A stretch of 64,000 nucleotides of DNA. It comes from an uncultured Actinomycetes bacterium. GTDB taxonomy: Bacteria; Actinomycetota; Thermoleophilia; UBA2241. The position numbers and the translations under genes are program-made. This document shows positions 17,355-26,701 of this stretch, piece after piece; positions within the stretch are counted from its first letter, which is position 1; every line of letters starts with the position of its first letter. The stretch is taken from assembly GCA_963725665.1 (NCBI GenBank), contig CAVRZA010000011.1, forward strand, positions 160,001-224,000, read 5' to 3'. Below the pieces are notes generated by a model. The model did not search any database. It saw only the letters and a program-made list of their open reading frames with translations, and was not told the origin of the DNA.

Positions 17355-18527
17355 TCAAGCCGCCGCGGCGGACCTGAACATCGTCTCGTCGCGAAGCATC
17401 GCCCAGATGACGTTCACCCGCCGCCGGGCAAGCGCGATCACGGCTTGGTGATGGCGCTTGCCCTCGGCCCGCTTGCGGTCGTAGAAGGCGCGCGAGGGCG
17501 GGCTGCGCAGACTGGCGAAGGCGGATTGGTAGAAGACCCGCTTAAGGACCTTGTTGCCCCCCTGCATACGGCGCACGTTGCCGCTTCGTTTGCCCGAGTC
17601 GCGGGCCACCGGGATGAGGCCGGCGTAGGCGGCCAGGTGGTCGGCGGAGGCGAAGCTGCTCAGCTCGCCCACCGCCACCAGGAACTCAGCGCCCAGGCGG
17701 GGGCCCATGCCCGGCAGGCTCACCAGGATCTCCGCCTGGGGGTGGGAGAAAAAACGCCGCTCGAGCTCCTGGTCGAGCCGCGCCAGGCGCTCCTTTGTGG
17801 CCAGCACCTCGCTCGCCAGGTCGGCGACGATCGCGGCGCTCACCTCCTCGGCGGGCAGAGAAACGCTCTGGGCGCCCGCCGCCTTAAGGGCGCTCTCGGC
17901 CAGCTTGGCCGCTCCCCGGCAGCCGCGGGCGCGCAGGTAGGCCTCCAGGCGGCGGGCGCCGGCGCGGCGTACCTCGACCGGCGTGCGGTAGCGCTGCACG
18001 AGGAGCAGGGCGCCCTTGGTGGTGAGGTCCAGGGCGCGCTCCAGGCCGGGGAAGACGCCCACCAGCGCCGCGCGCAGGCGGGTGACGGCCCGTGTCTGGT
18101 CTTGAACCAGGTCGCGCCGCCGCGAGGTCAGCAGGGCCAGCTCGGCCAGCACCGCCTCGCTGGGGCGCAGCTCGGAAAGGTCACGGCGCGTGCGTGCCTG
18201 TTCGGCGATGATGCGCGCATCGCGGGCGTCGGTCTTGGCCTCTCCCCGGTAGGCGTCGCGGGAGCGGTTCACGGCCACGCCCGGCAGGTAGAGCACGCGC
18301 TCCTCGCCGCTCCACAGCACGGCCAGGGCGAGGGCGGCGACGCCGCCGGGGATGTCGAGAGCCCAGGTCGTCTGGCCGGCCTGAGCTCTGGCCTCGGCGA
18401 TCAGCCGCCGCAGCTCGTCCTCGTCGTTCTCCACCCGGCGAGAGAAGACGAGGCGTCCCTCCTCATCGATCGCCGCCGCCCAGTGGAAGTCCTTGCCCGC
18501 GTCGATGCCCACCCACAGCCCAGCCAT
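17355..18527 (-). CDS. IS110 family transposase/recombinase
   Basis: GIDAGK, KTDARDA, SLPGMG, AYAGLIP..RDSG, GGNKVLK and ALARR motifs; AGGAGG RBS before the ATG at 18527. Confidence 0.95.
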   Translation of the reverse strand: MAGLWVGIDAGKDFHWAAAIDEEGRLVFSRRVENDEDELRRLIAEARAQAGQTTWALDIPGGVAALALAVLWSGEERVLYLPGVAVNRSRDAYRGEAKTDARDARIIAEQARTRRDLSELRPSEAVLAELALLTSRRRDLVQDQTRAVTRLRAALVGVFPGLERALDLTTKGALLLVQRYRTPVEVRRAGARRLEAYLRARGCRGAAKLAESALKAAGAQSVSLPAEEVSAAIVADLASEVLATKERLARLDQELERRFFSHPQAEILVSLPGMGPRLGAEFLVAVGELSSFASADHLAAYAGLIPVARDSGKRSGNVRRMQGGNKVLKRVFYQSAFASLRSPPSRAFYDRKRAEGKRHHQAVIALARRRVNVIWAMLRDETMFRSAAAA

Positions 18528-18539
18528 GGCCACCTCCTC

Positions 18540-18712
18540 GCTTCCGCCGACCCCTTGCCCGTGGAGCACCCCGCCGGCACCTCCCTACACAGCGATCGCT
18601 CGCCGATCTCTATCAGCGGTCAGGGCGTCCAAAGGGGCCGAGGGGCCATTCCTCCCGAGCCATGCGAGCGGCAGAGACATGACAGCCATCCTCGACCCTT
18701 CTGGGCGTCCCG
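18540..18712 (-). ncRNA. Putative IS110 bridge RNA
   Basis: ~190-nt 5' non-coding end with a stem 18690-18704/18629-18643. Internal 8-mers match the element end (18606-18613 = 17340-17347) and the flank (18648-18655 complementary to 17334-17341). Confidence 0.65.
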
Positions 18713-18776
18713 GACGCTACCGCAAAGAGGGCTCACAGCAAAGAATCCGTACGCCACAGGAGAAAGGTAGGGAGAC

Positions 18777-19223
18777 ATGAACAGTGAGCAACCGCCAGAG
18801 GGACCGCAATGGCGCATTCTGGGCGCCGAGAGAGGCGCTGACTTGGCCGAACACCTGGCCCACGAGCAGGAGGCGGTGCTCATGCTCGGCGACGACGTCT
18901 TCGTGTTTCACCGGCTAGGCGTCGGCACTACGCCGGAGCTTCCCTGGAAAGACGAGACCGAGGAACTCACGCTGCACAGAATGGGGTCTTTTGCCCCACT
19001 GGAGGAGCACGAGCGCGCATACATAGCGCAGCAGAACAGCGAGGCAGAGTACAAGCAGGCAGCCGAGAAGGCGCTTTCCTTCCAACTGATGGGGGGGCAA
19101 CAGGTCATCCGGCTGTACCGACACACACACGCGCACGCGTTCGCCGAGGAGATCCACAAAGAGGGTCTTCGACTGACCATTGTCGGCCTGCTCGATGACG
19201 TGCGAGCGGCGTCAATAGCCTAG
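18777..19223 (+). CDS. Hypothetical protein, lower GC than its neighbours
   Basis: 148-aa ORF with a GGGAG RBS, globular-looking composition and more A/T-ending codons than neighbouring genes. Confidence 0.65.
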   Translation: MNSEQPPEGPQWRILGAERGADLAEHLAHEQEAVLMLGDDVFVFHRLGVGTTPELPWKDETEELTLHRMGSFAPLEEHERAYIAQQNSEAEYKQAAEKALSFQLMGGQQVIRLYRHTHAHAFAEEIHKEGLRLTIVGLLDDVRAASIA

Positions 19224-19447
19224 CGGAGTTGTAGCACCCAGGCGATCAGCACGGCGGCGAGCGCGGGCACGAGGGCGATGCCCGGTCATCTGCGCGACGA
19301 AGGCCGGCTCATTGGGGTCGGGCGGCCCGGGCTTCGAGAGGACGCCGGCGGCAACGGTGATGACGGGCACGGCCAGGAGCGCGGCCCACCCGATGTAGGT
19401 GCGCTTCTGGTGGAGGACCTTGACGATCTCCAGGCGGAGGTTGCCAT
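19220..19447 (-). pseudogene. Truncated second ABC permease paralog
   Basis: After a 1-nt shift it reads NLRLEIVKVLHQKRTYIGWAALLAVPV, paralogous to MRSLGRELQKILAQKRTYLGWAGLLAIPF of 19470-20282; it stops after about 70 codons. Confidence 0.7.
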
Positions 19448-19469
19448 GCGCGCCGCCGCCCGGCGGGCG

Positions 19470-20282
19470 CTAGGTCAGGATGTCCCGCCGCCCGAAGATG
19501 TACCAGGCGAGCGCGGTGACGCCACCGATCGTCGCCGCGTAGGTCAGGACGGCGTTGCGGATCGGGGCCCAGTAGATGGGATCGCGGAAGAGGTCGAGGA
19601 AGGTCGTGCTGTACGCCGTGAACGTGTACGGCTTCATGAAATCGAAGTAGCTGAAGCCGTTGAGGATCGAGAGCACGATGAAGATCACCATGGCGATGAT
19701 GGAGGCCGTGAGACTCGAGTTGGTGAACGTCGAGAACAGGACGGCCAGCGAGATGAGACACATCATGCCCAACAGGATGAGGCCGTAGGTAAGGAGCGTG
19801 AGCCACACGGCGTAGGGGATGCTGACCGTCGTCCCAGAGAGAGTCACGAGCGGCTTCAGCCCAAACACGATGCCGCCCGCAAGCAGACCGCCGCCCCAGA
19901 CGAGCAGCATGCCGATGATCACGTAGACGATGGCGATGCCCCATTTCGAGAAGAGGACGGTCGAGCGGCTCACGGGACGCGAGAGCCACGTCTTCATCGT
20001 CCCTTGCTCGGCCTCGCCGGCTATGGGATACGCCCCCGCCATCGAGGCGAGCAGCGGCAGCAGAAACAACGAGAGCGCCGCCATGGCCGAGAGGGGTACG
20101 AACATGCCGTTGCTCAAGACCTGATCCAGGAAGGGCGGGCCCTCGCCCTCGCTGTGCGGGTTCGAGGAAGAGAGGTAGAGGGCCAGCACCTCGAGGAAGG
20201 GGATCGCCAGGAGGCCTGCCCAGCCGAGGTAGGTGCGCTTCTGGGCGAGGATCTTCTGCAACTCCCGCCCGAGGCTTCTCAT
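19470..20282 (-). CDS. ABC-2 type transporter permease
   Basis: IAGEAEQGTMKTWLSRPVSRSTVLFSK motif; multiple transmembrane helices. Confidence 0.88.
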   Translation of the reverse strand: MRSLGRELQKILAQKRTYLGWAGLLAIPFLEVLALYLSSSNPHSEGEGPPFLDQVLSNGMFVPLSAMAALSLFLLPLLASMAGAYPIAGEAEQGTMKTWLSRPVSRSTVLFSKWGIAIVYVIIGMLLVWGGGLLAGGIVFGLKPLVTLSGTTVSIPYAVWLTLLTYGLILLGMMCLISLAVLFSTFTNSSLTASIIAMVIFIVLSILNGFSYFDFMKPYTFTAYSTTFLDLFRDPIYWAPIRNAVLTYAATIGGVTALAWYIFGRRDILT

Positions 20283-21312
20283 GGCGCGCCCTCCGGCGGC
20301 GCCGCCGGGGCGGCGGCTGCGGCGGTCGCGGCGCTGCGACCGCTGTCGACGTCGCCACTTTGCGTGAGCTCGAGGAAGAAGTCCTCGAGGCCCTGCTCGT
20401 GCGCCGGGATGACGGCGTGCACGTCGAGCTCGGCGGCGACGAGGCGACGCACCAGCTCGGGCACGCTGCCGTCGTCGGCGCTCACCGTCAGGTACTCCTC
20501 GTCGGGAGCGACCTTGTCCGCGCCGAGCAGGTCCGCCAGGACCTGCTCGGCGCGCGCCTGGTCGCTCGTCAGCAGCTTGACGGCGTTGCCCTTGGGGCGC
20601 AGCGCCGACACCGGTCCCTCGATCACCGTGCGTCCCTTGTTGATGATCACGGCGCGGCTGCACACCTGCTCGACCTCGTGCAGAAGGTGCGAGGAGAGGA
20701 AGACGGTCGTGCCCCGCCGGCCGAGCTCGCGGATCAGCTCGCGCACGTCCTTCATGCCCTGCGGGTCGAGGCCGCTGGTCGGCTCGTCGAGGATGATGAG
20801 CTCCGGCCGGTGCAGCAGCGCCGAGGCGATGCCGAGGCGCTGCTTCATGCCGTGCGAGTAGTCGCCGACCTTGGAGTCGGCGCGCTCGCGCAGGCCGACG
20901 ATCGAGAGCACCTCGTCGACGCGCTCCTCGCTGCACCGGCCCCCAGGCGCTGCCGATGATCGTCAGGTTGCGGCGCGCGCTCATGTTGGGGTAGAAGGCC
21001 GGCACCTCGACGAAGCCGCCCAGGTGCCGCAAGGCCTCCTCGCGGTCGCCGCGGCACGCGGTGGTCGAGCACCTGCACCCAGCCGCTCGTCGGGTAGATC
21101 AGCCCGAAGATCATGCGGATGGTCGTCGTCTTGCCGGCGCCGTTGGGACCGAGGAAGCCGAAGATGTCGCCCTTGCAGACGGTGAGGCTCAGGTGGTCGA
21201 CGGCGCGCAGCTTGCCGAAGTCCTTGGTGAGGGCGTCGATCTGCAGCACGGTGGGGCGGCCCTCGCAGGACTCCGCCTGCGAGGGCCGCCCGTTCTCTAC
21301 GTTATTGGACAC
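20279..21312 (-). CDS. ABC transporter ATP-binding protein (frameshifts near 21050 and 20935)
   Basis: GPNGAGKTT, YSHGMKQRLG, ILDEPTSGLDP and SSH motifs spread across three frames. Confidence 0.88.
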
Positions 21313-22564
21313 TGTTGGCGAAGGCGGACAGGTCGGACTGCGGCACCATGCCGGCCGCCACGACCGTCAGCTTGCCCTGCTGCCAGGCGACGACGTTGAA
21401 GAGCGATGTCGAGAGCTCGAGACCGGGCGAGCCGTTGACCATCGTCGGCTGCGCGAGCTGCACCTTGCTCAACTGGCCGAGCTGCTTCTGCAGCTGCGCG
21501 ACTTGATCAGCCGACGCCTGCGTCTCGACGAGCAGCACGCTGCCGAAGCCCTTGCCGTAGTGCAGGATCGCGGTGGGGCTGCCGCCGTTCTCAGCGGGGA
21601 CCACGGCGGCGCCGGTGAAAGGTAGCGTCGCGTTCTGCGGCTCGGCCAGCGTGAAGCCAGCCTTCTCTTGCGCCTGCGCCAGCGTGAGCGGCTTCATCTC
21701 CTGCATCGCCGCGCCGGGCTGCGAGCTTTCCGCTGCGCCGGGCTTTGGCTTCTCAGCGCCCAGGCCCGCCGGAACGCTCAAGGTCTTGTGGACTACCTTG
21801 GCGCCCTCGGGAGGCGTGAACTCGAAGAGCGTCTCGTCGATGCTCGAGTACGAGACGCTGGTAAAGCCGCCGCTGAGCGCCGCAGTAGCGGAGCCCTTGG
21901 GGAAGACCTCCATGCGCAGCGGCACGAACGTGGTGCCGTCGACTGCCACCCGGACCGAGCCCAGCGTCGTGTTCGACGCCGTGGGCGTCAGCGTCAGGAT
22001 GTAGGACTGCTGGCCGGCCACGCTCTCCTGGCCGGTCACAGCGATGTCCGCGGTGGGGGCGAGCTTCTGCAGCGCCGCCTCGATCCGAGTCACCGGATCG
22101 AAGACCGAGGTCGACGGCAGCGGGTTCGGAGACGTCGTGCCCTGCGCGTCGACCGGCACAGCGTACTGAGTCGCCGTGTTCGCGGCGGAGGAGTACGTCC
22201 AGACGGAACCGTTAGCCGCCGTCACCACTAGGTCGCCGCCCTGGCCCTGCGACTCGAGACGCACCTTGCCGTCCTGCAGCCAGATGCGACCCTTGCCTCC
22301 CTGCAGGAGCGAAGCGATCCCGGTCGGCGTCGTCGCACCACCCAGGTTCAGGGCGGAGGTGTCGCCGATCAGGTTGTTGGTCCAGGCGACGTCGCCGCTG
22401 ATCGCTTTGGTGTCGTGCGCTTTCATCGCCACGTCGGCCAGCAACTGCGACGGGGTGACGGCGGGAAGCGTCGCGCTGCCTTGCGCACGTGAGGCCAGCA
22501 CGCCGATGGTCAGGGCGGCGGCTACTACGGCGATGAGGACGGGGATGAGGACCTTGCGAGGCAT
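21302..22564 (-). CDS. Secreted LolA-like/DUF2092 (MucB/RseB-like fold) protein
   Basis: Signal peptide; VAGQQSYILTLTP..TTLGSVRVAVDG..VPLR and FEFTPPEGAKV motifs; ABC transporter context. Confidence 0.75.
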   Translation of the reverse strand: MPRKVLIPVLIAVVAAALTIGVLASRAQGSATLPAVTPSQLLADVAMKAHDTKAISGDVAWTNNLIGDTSALNLGGATTPTGIASLLQGGKGRIWLQDGKVRLESQGQGGDLVVTAANGSVWTYSSAANTATQYAVPVDAQGTTSPNPLPSTSVFDPVTRIEAALQKLAPTADIAVTGQESVAGQQSYILTLTPTASNTTLGSVRVAVDGTTFVPLRMEVFPKGSATAALSGGFTSVSYSSIDETLFEFTPPEGAKVVHKTLSVPAGLGAEKPKPGAAESSQPGAAMQEMKPLTLAQAQEKAGFTLAEPQNATLPFTGAAVVPAENGGSPTAILHYGKGFGSVLLVETQASADQVAQLQKQLGQLSKVQLAQPTMVNGSPGLELSTSLFNVVAWQQGKLTVVAAGMVPQSDLSAFANSVQ

Positions 22565-22751
22565 CGAGACGCTCCTTTTCAGCACTAGCCAGAACAATGA
22601 TTCCCGCGCCGTTGGCAAGGGAACCGCAGGCTAACCCTCATCGTACACCCACGTTCGCCAGCCAGGGTTAAGAAGTGTGAAGAGGATCGGGGTGTCGGTG
22701 ACTGAATCGCGAACGGCCCACGCCACCCGGAGCGGCCAGCCAGTCCCGATA

Positions 22752-22788
22752 GCGCGCGGAGCCCCGGCGATGCCGGGGCTCCGCGCGC
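22752..22788. terminator. 17-bp perfect GC hairpin after the EEP gene
   Basis: gcgcgcggagccccggc-gat-gccggggctccgcgcgc. Confidence 0.65.
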
Positions 22789-22793
22789 CCCCC

Positions 22794-24371
22794 CTACTTC
22801 GTGACCGTGAACGTCGCGCTGCCCGCCGACGTGTAGGCGTCGGTGAGCAGGTAGTGCACGACGTACTTGCCCGGCGGCAGCGGCCATGGCTTTCCCTGAG
22901 AGCTGTCGCCGAGGGTCACCGAGCCGTCGACTTGGGGTGGCACCGTGCCGGACGCGTGGAGGCCCGTGTAGTCCCAGATCAGATAGTAGTCGACGTTCGG
23001 ATCGGCGGCGTTCGCCTTGTAGACGCCGATCCAGTCCCAGCGGTTGGCCGGACCGTCGGTCCAGCTGACGGTGATCGGCTCGCCGACCGCATACGCCAGC
23101 TTGTCGGTCGAGAGCTGGACCTTGGCGTGCTTGGCGCGCAGCCAGAACGGGACGCGCGCCACCTCGGCGCCGTCGCCGGCTGTGAGCACGGCCTCATAGC
23201 CGCCCGCGGCGAGTCGCGAGGTGTCGAACGTGAGCGTGCCCTTCTCGCCCGGTGCGTCCTGGCTCATGAGCGGGGACGCGAGATCGGCCCCAGCGGTCAC
23301 GATGGCGGCCTTGTTGCCGCTCTTGCCGGGCGCGTTGTAGGTAACGGTGACCGAGTCGCCGACGGTCAGCAGCCGGGCGTTGACGGCGACCATGGTCGGC
23401 ATCGCCAGTGGAGTGACTTCGAGGGTCGATACGACCGCACGGTGATCCGAGGGCCAGGGGGTGACGCTGAGTGACACGTCGGGGCCACCTTTCTCACCCA
23501 TGATCTCGCACGCGAGCGTCTTGGCGGGACCGGCGGCGTAGACGTAGTCGATGCGGTCCCTGGGGTCGTTCGGAGACGGGTTGCCGGCCCAGGCGGCGAC
23601 CTTGGGGCGCTTGGCAGGCCAGGTGATGCCCTGGTTCTTCGCCGGGTCGGGGTGCGCGTCACGGTAGGAATCACGGAAGCCAACGTTGAAGAGCGCAAGG
23701 CTGACCGGCCAGGCGACGGGCTCCGTGATCTGCGGCCGCAGGCCCACCGTGGCGGCCACGTAGTCGAGACTCGACGGCTCGTTGAAGTCCCCGGTCAGGA
23801 ACACCGGGTAGCCCTGCTTGGCGAGCTGGGGCAAGACGGGGAGCAGCTCGCCGAGCGCCGACGTGCGCACCTCGTTCTCAGTGGCGATCACCGTGTCGAC
23901 GGGCGTGCCTTTGAGCAGCGCGGTGGGGCCGTCCTTGACGTAGTCGAGGTGGATGTTGCAGAAGGCGATGACGTAGCCCGGCTGCACCTCGATCAAAGCG
24001 TACAGGCCGTCGCCCCCCGACGGCTCGTAGACAGGGTACTTGGAGAGGATCTGCAGGCTGACGTTGTAGAAAGGGTACCCTGTTGCCTTGGCGATCTTCG
24101 GCAGGTTGTTGTAGGACTCCTCGATGCCGACCACGCCGGCGTCGGCCAGCTTGATCGCCTCTTCGGTCTTCTTCAGGCTCACCAGGGTGCCGCCGTACTC
24201 GATGTTGTACTCCATCACCTTGAGCGGCATCGGCTTGCCAGCCGCGACGGCCTTCTCGCTCTCTTTTCCGCTACCGCACGACGCGAGCAGGACGGCTGCC
24301 ACGATCGCGGCGGCGAGGGTCATCCACTTAAGAATGGTGGACCTCAGTCTGCCGTTTGCTGTGCGATTCAC
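22794..24371 (-). CDS. Endonuclease/exonuclease/phosphatase (EEP) family lipoprotein with C-terminal beta-sandwich domains
   Basis: LLASC lipobox; YNI, GIEE, HLD, TGDFNEPS, RIDY and SDH motifs; DWIGVY in the C-terminal domain. Confidence 0.85.
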   Translation of the reverse strand: MNRTANGRLRSTILKWMTLAAAIVAAVLLASCGSGKESEKAVAAGKPMPLKVMEYNIEYGGTLVSLKKTEEAIKLADAGVVGIEESYNNLPKIAKATGYPFYNVSLQILSKYPVYEPSGGDGLYALIEVQPGYVIAFCNIHLDYVKDGPTALLKGTPVDTVIATENEVRTSALGELLPVLPQLAKQGYPVFLTGDFNEPSSLDYVAATVGLRPQITEPVAWPVSLALFNVGFRDSYRDAHPDPAKNQGITWPAKRPKVAAWAGNPSPNDPRDRIDYVYAAGPAKTLACEIMGEKGGPDVSLSVTPWPSDHRAVVSTLEVTPLAMPTMVAVNARLLTVGDSVTVTYNAPGKSGNKAAIVTAGADLASPLMSQDAPGEKGTLTFDTSRLAAGGYEAVLTAGDGAEVARVPFWLRAKHAKVQLSTDKLAYAVGEPITVSWTDGPANRWDWIGVYKANAADPNVDYYLIWDYTGLHASGTVPPQVDGSVTLGDSSQGKPWPLPPGKYVVHYLLTDAYTSAGSATFTVTK

Positions 24372-24422
24372 GTGAGCCCCCTGACCGTGGCACCAGGATT
24401 CGAACCGCGGACCTGTTCCTCC

Positions 24423-25673
24423 TCAAGGCAGTGTCAGCACGTAGGAGCGCCAGCCTGAGTAGAAGCGGTCCCACGAGACGTTGAGATCGCGCTTCACGGC
24501 GTACTTGATGGGCGACTCCGAGAGGTCCGACGTGCCCACGTCGACGGCGAAGCGCCGCAGGGCGCGCTGGCCCCACCCGGCCAGAATGTAGCGCACGAGG
24601 CTACCGCCCTCCTCGTAGAGCAGATCGACGCGCGCCAAGTCATTGCTCTGCCACAGACTGCCGTAGGCAAGCGCCTGCAGCAGCGGCTCGTCTTTGTTGC
24701 CGTTCAGGAGCTCGCCCTTGAGCGCCGCGTAGCTGCGGTCGCCCTCGACCGCCACGCCGATGCCCTCCAGGACCAACCGAGGCACCTGCGGTGCGTCGAA
24801 GAACCACTTCTCGGTCAGCGCGTGCGCCATCTCGTGGGCGAGCATCGTCGGCGCCCAGGTGTCACGGCCCGCCAGCTCAGGAGCGACGATGCCGATGTCG
24901 CCGGGCGACCACGGCGAATCGGAGACGCGCCTGGGCTGGCCCGAGAAGAACTTGATGCGCTTCTCCATGTCGGGGCGCCCGAGGAACTGGACGACCTGTC
25001 GCTCCGAGGAGTAGACGAAGATGAACACGGGCTCGCCGCTGCGCACGCCCAGGACCTCGGCTACGCGCGCCCTCGCCTGCGGCACCAGCTTCGCCATCTG
25101 CTCGGCGCGCAAGCGCCAGGCGGACTCGTAAACCAGCACCGCGGCGCCGAAACGTCGCACCCGGGGGCGGTCGAAAGCCATGAAGCCTTGCGGTCTGAGG
25201 GCGGTGGGCGTCTCGTCGCCGGTGACGACGAGACGCCCACCTCTCCGCTTCACGACAAGCTCCCGCTCGGCCACGAAGCGGTCCGGTGGGCCGCCGCCGA
25301 GCGGCGCTCCGCTGATGACGATGTCGAACGCCCCCGGCAGCCCGGGCGGCGCCGTCACCGACACCGCGAGGCGGCGCAAGTGCAGCGGCGCCAGCCGCGT
25401 CGCGAGGTTGTCGAGCGTCTTCCTGGCCTTGCCTGAGGCCGGCAAGGCGGCGCTCCACGCCGCGCGGTCGCCCTTGGCGAGAGCGGGGAGCGCGGCGGTC
25501 ATGAAGGCGCGCACCTCCGCGGCGGTGACGGGCGGGGGGCCGCTCGCCTGCGGCGAGCGGCCCCCCGCCGCCTCGTCCTTGAAGGCGAGCAGGAGCCCCG
25601 CGGCGGCCATGACAAGCGCGACCAGCGCGAGCGCGGTCGCGAGGACCAAGGGCAAGTTGTGTCGTCTCTTCAC
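24423..25673 (-). CDS. Secreted or membrane-anchored zincin (peptidase MA-like) protein
   Basis: N-terminal transmembrane segment; LAHEMAH...EGIG gluzincin motif. Confidence 0.7.
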   Translation of the reverse strand: MKRRHNLPLVLATALALVALVMAAAGLLLAFKDEAAGGRSPQASGPPPVTAAEVRAFMTAALPALAKGDRAAWSAALPASGKARKTLDNLATRLAPLHLRRLAVSVTAPPGLPGAFDIVISGAPLGGGPPDRFVAERELVVKRRGGRLVVTGDETPTALRPQGFMAFDRPRVRRFGAAVLVYESAWRLRAEQMAKLVPQARARVAEVLGVRSGEPVFIFVYSSERQVVQFLGRPDMEKRIKFFSGQPRRVSDSPWSPGDIGIVAPELAGRDTWAPTMLAHEMAHALTEKWFFDAPQVPRLVLEGIGVAVEGDRSYAALKGELLNGNKDEPLLQALAYGSLWQSNDLARVDLLYEEGGSLVRYILAGWGQRALRRFAVDVGTSDLSESPIKYAVKRDLNVSWDRFYSGWRSYVLTLP

Positions 25674-25864
25674 CAGGGACCCCGTCCAACTGTAGCATCC
25701 CGCCGCGACCCGGCAAGAGCGTCGGCGAGCCTCGGGCGTAGACCGGTCAGGCAGCGCGCCGTCGACGATGGCGTTTCGCAGGCGTTGCGCGCCCTGAGCT
25801 TTGCTGAGGCGACGGCCGGCGGCGTTTGAACGCCGCCCGAGCGGGGACTACACTCGCCAGACTC

Positions 25865-26701
25865 ATGTATCCGGTCCTCTTCCATCTCGGCCCGTTCACC
25901 TTCTACAGCTTCGGTCTCATGGCCGCGCTGGCGCTCATCGTGCCGGCCTACTTCGTGTGGCGGCTCCTGCGCACGCGCGGCGTCCCGGGGGAGTTCTGCT
26001 ACGAGCTCATCTTCGCCGCCGGCATCGGCGGCTTCGCCGGGGCCCGCATCTACTGGATCGTCCAGCACTGGAGTGAGGCCAGCAAAGACCTCTTCAACTT
26101 CCTCGTCGGCGGCTTCGGCCTGACCTGGTACGGCGGCCTCATCGGTGGCTTTATCGGCGTGGTGGGCTGGAGCCTGATACGCAAGCAGAAGGTGGGCCTA
26201 GTCGCCAACGCGATGGGACCGGCCGTGGCCCTCGGCTACGCCATCGGGCGAGTCGGCTGCCAGCTCTCCGGCGACGGCGACTACGGCAAGCCGACGACGT
26301 CGTTCCTGGGGATGGCGTACCCCCACGGCACCGTGCCGACGCCGGCTGGCGTCGAGGTCTGGCCGACGCCGATCTTCGAGATCCTCATCATGGTGCCGAT
26401 CTTCCTAATCCTGTACCGCATGGCGAAGAAGCCCCAACCCGGCTGGTACGTGTTCGGCTGGTTCCTGGTGCTGTCGGGCATCGAGCGCCTTCTCATCGAG
26501 TTCATTCGACGTAACCCCGTCTGGCTCTTCGGCCTGACCGCGCCGCAGATCCTCTCGATCGTGAGCGTCGCCATCGGAGTCGGCATCATCATGGTGCAGC
26601 AGCACAAGCCGCCCGTCGAGGTCCGGCTGCGGGAAGAACGTCTGGGCCCGCAGCCACGCGCAAAGCGCGGCGCCGGCAAGAGGGTGGGGGCGAAAGCCTA
26701 G
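25865..26701 (+). CDS. lgt: Prolipoprotein diacylglyceryl transferase
   Basis: MYPVLF, GARIYW, GLTWYGG, AIGRVGCQLSGD and ERLLIEFIR motifs. Confidence 0.92.
   Translation: MYPVLFHLGPFTFYSFGLMAALALIVPAYFVWRLLRTRGVPGEFCYELIFAAGIGGFAGARIYWIVQHWSEASKDLFNFLVGGFGLTWYGGLIGGFIGVVGWSLIRKQKVGLVANAMGPAVALGYAIGRVGCQLSGDGDYGKPTTSFLGMAYPHGTVPTPAGVEVWPTPIFEILIMVPIFLILYRMAKKPQPGWYVFGWFLVLSGIERLLIEFIRRNPVWLFGLTAPQILSIVSVAIGVGIIMVQQHKPPVEVRLREERLGPQPRAKRGAGKRVGAKA

Larger units (their letters stand above)
17339..18725 (-). mobile_element. IS110-family insertion sequence (no terminal inverted repeats; ends approximate)
   Basis: Contains a DEDD recombinase gene. A -35 TTGACA at the right end (17353-17358) and a -10 TAGCGT at the left end (18714-18719) would join into a promoter in the circular form. 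Confidence 0.8.

Noticed and set aside
18742-18748. Alternative IS110 left end at a GAATC shared with 17338-17342
   Set aside because: It gives a poor junction -10 (TGCTGT) and no matching left-target guide in the RNA. An end near 18725 fits better, though this alternative is not excluded.
24385-24415. tRNA T-loop-like GGTTCGAATCC on the minus strand
   Set aside because: The T-stem pairs only 2 bp, there is no D or anticodon arm, and the gap between genes is only about 50 bp; at most a remnant.
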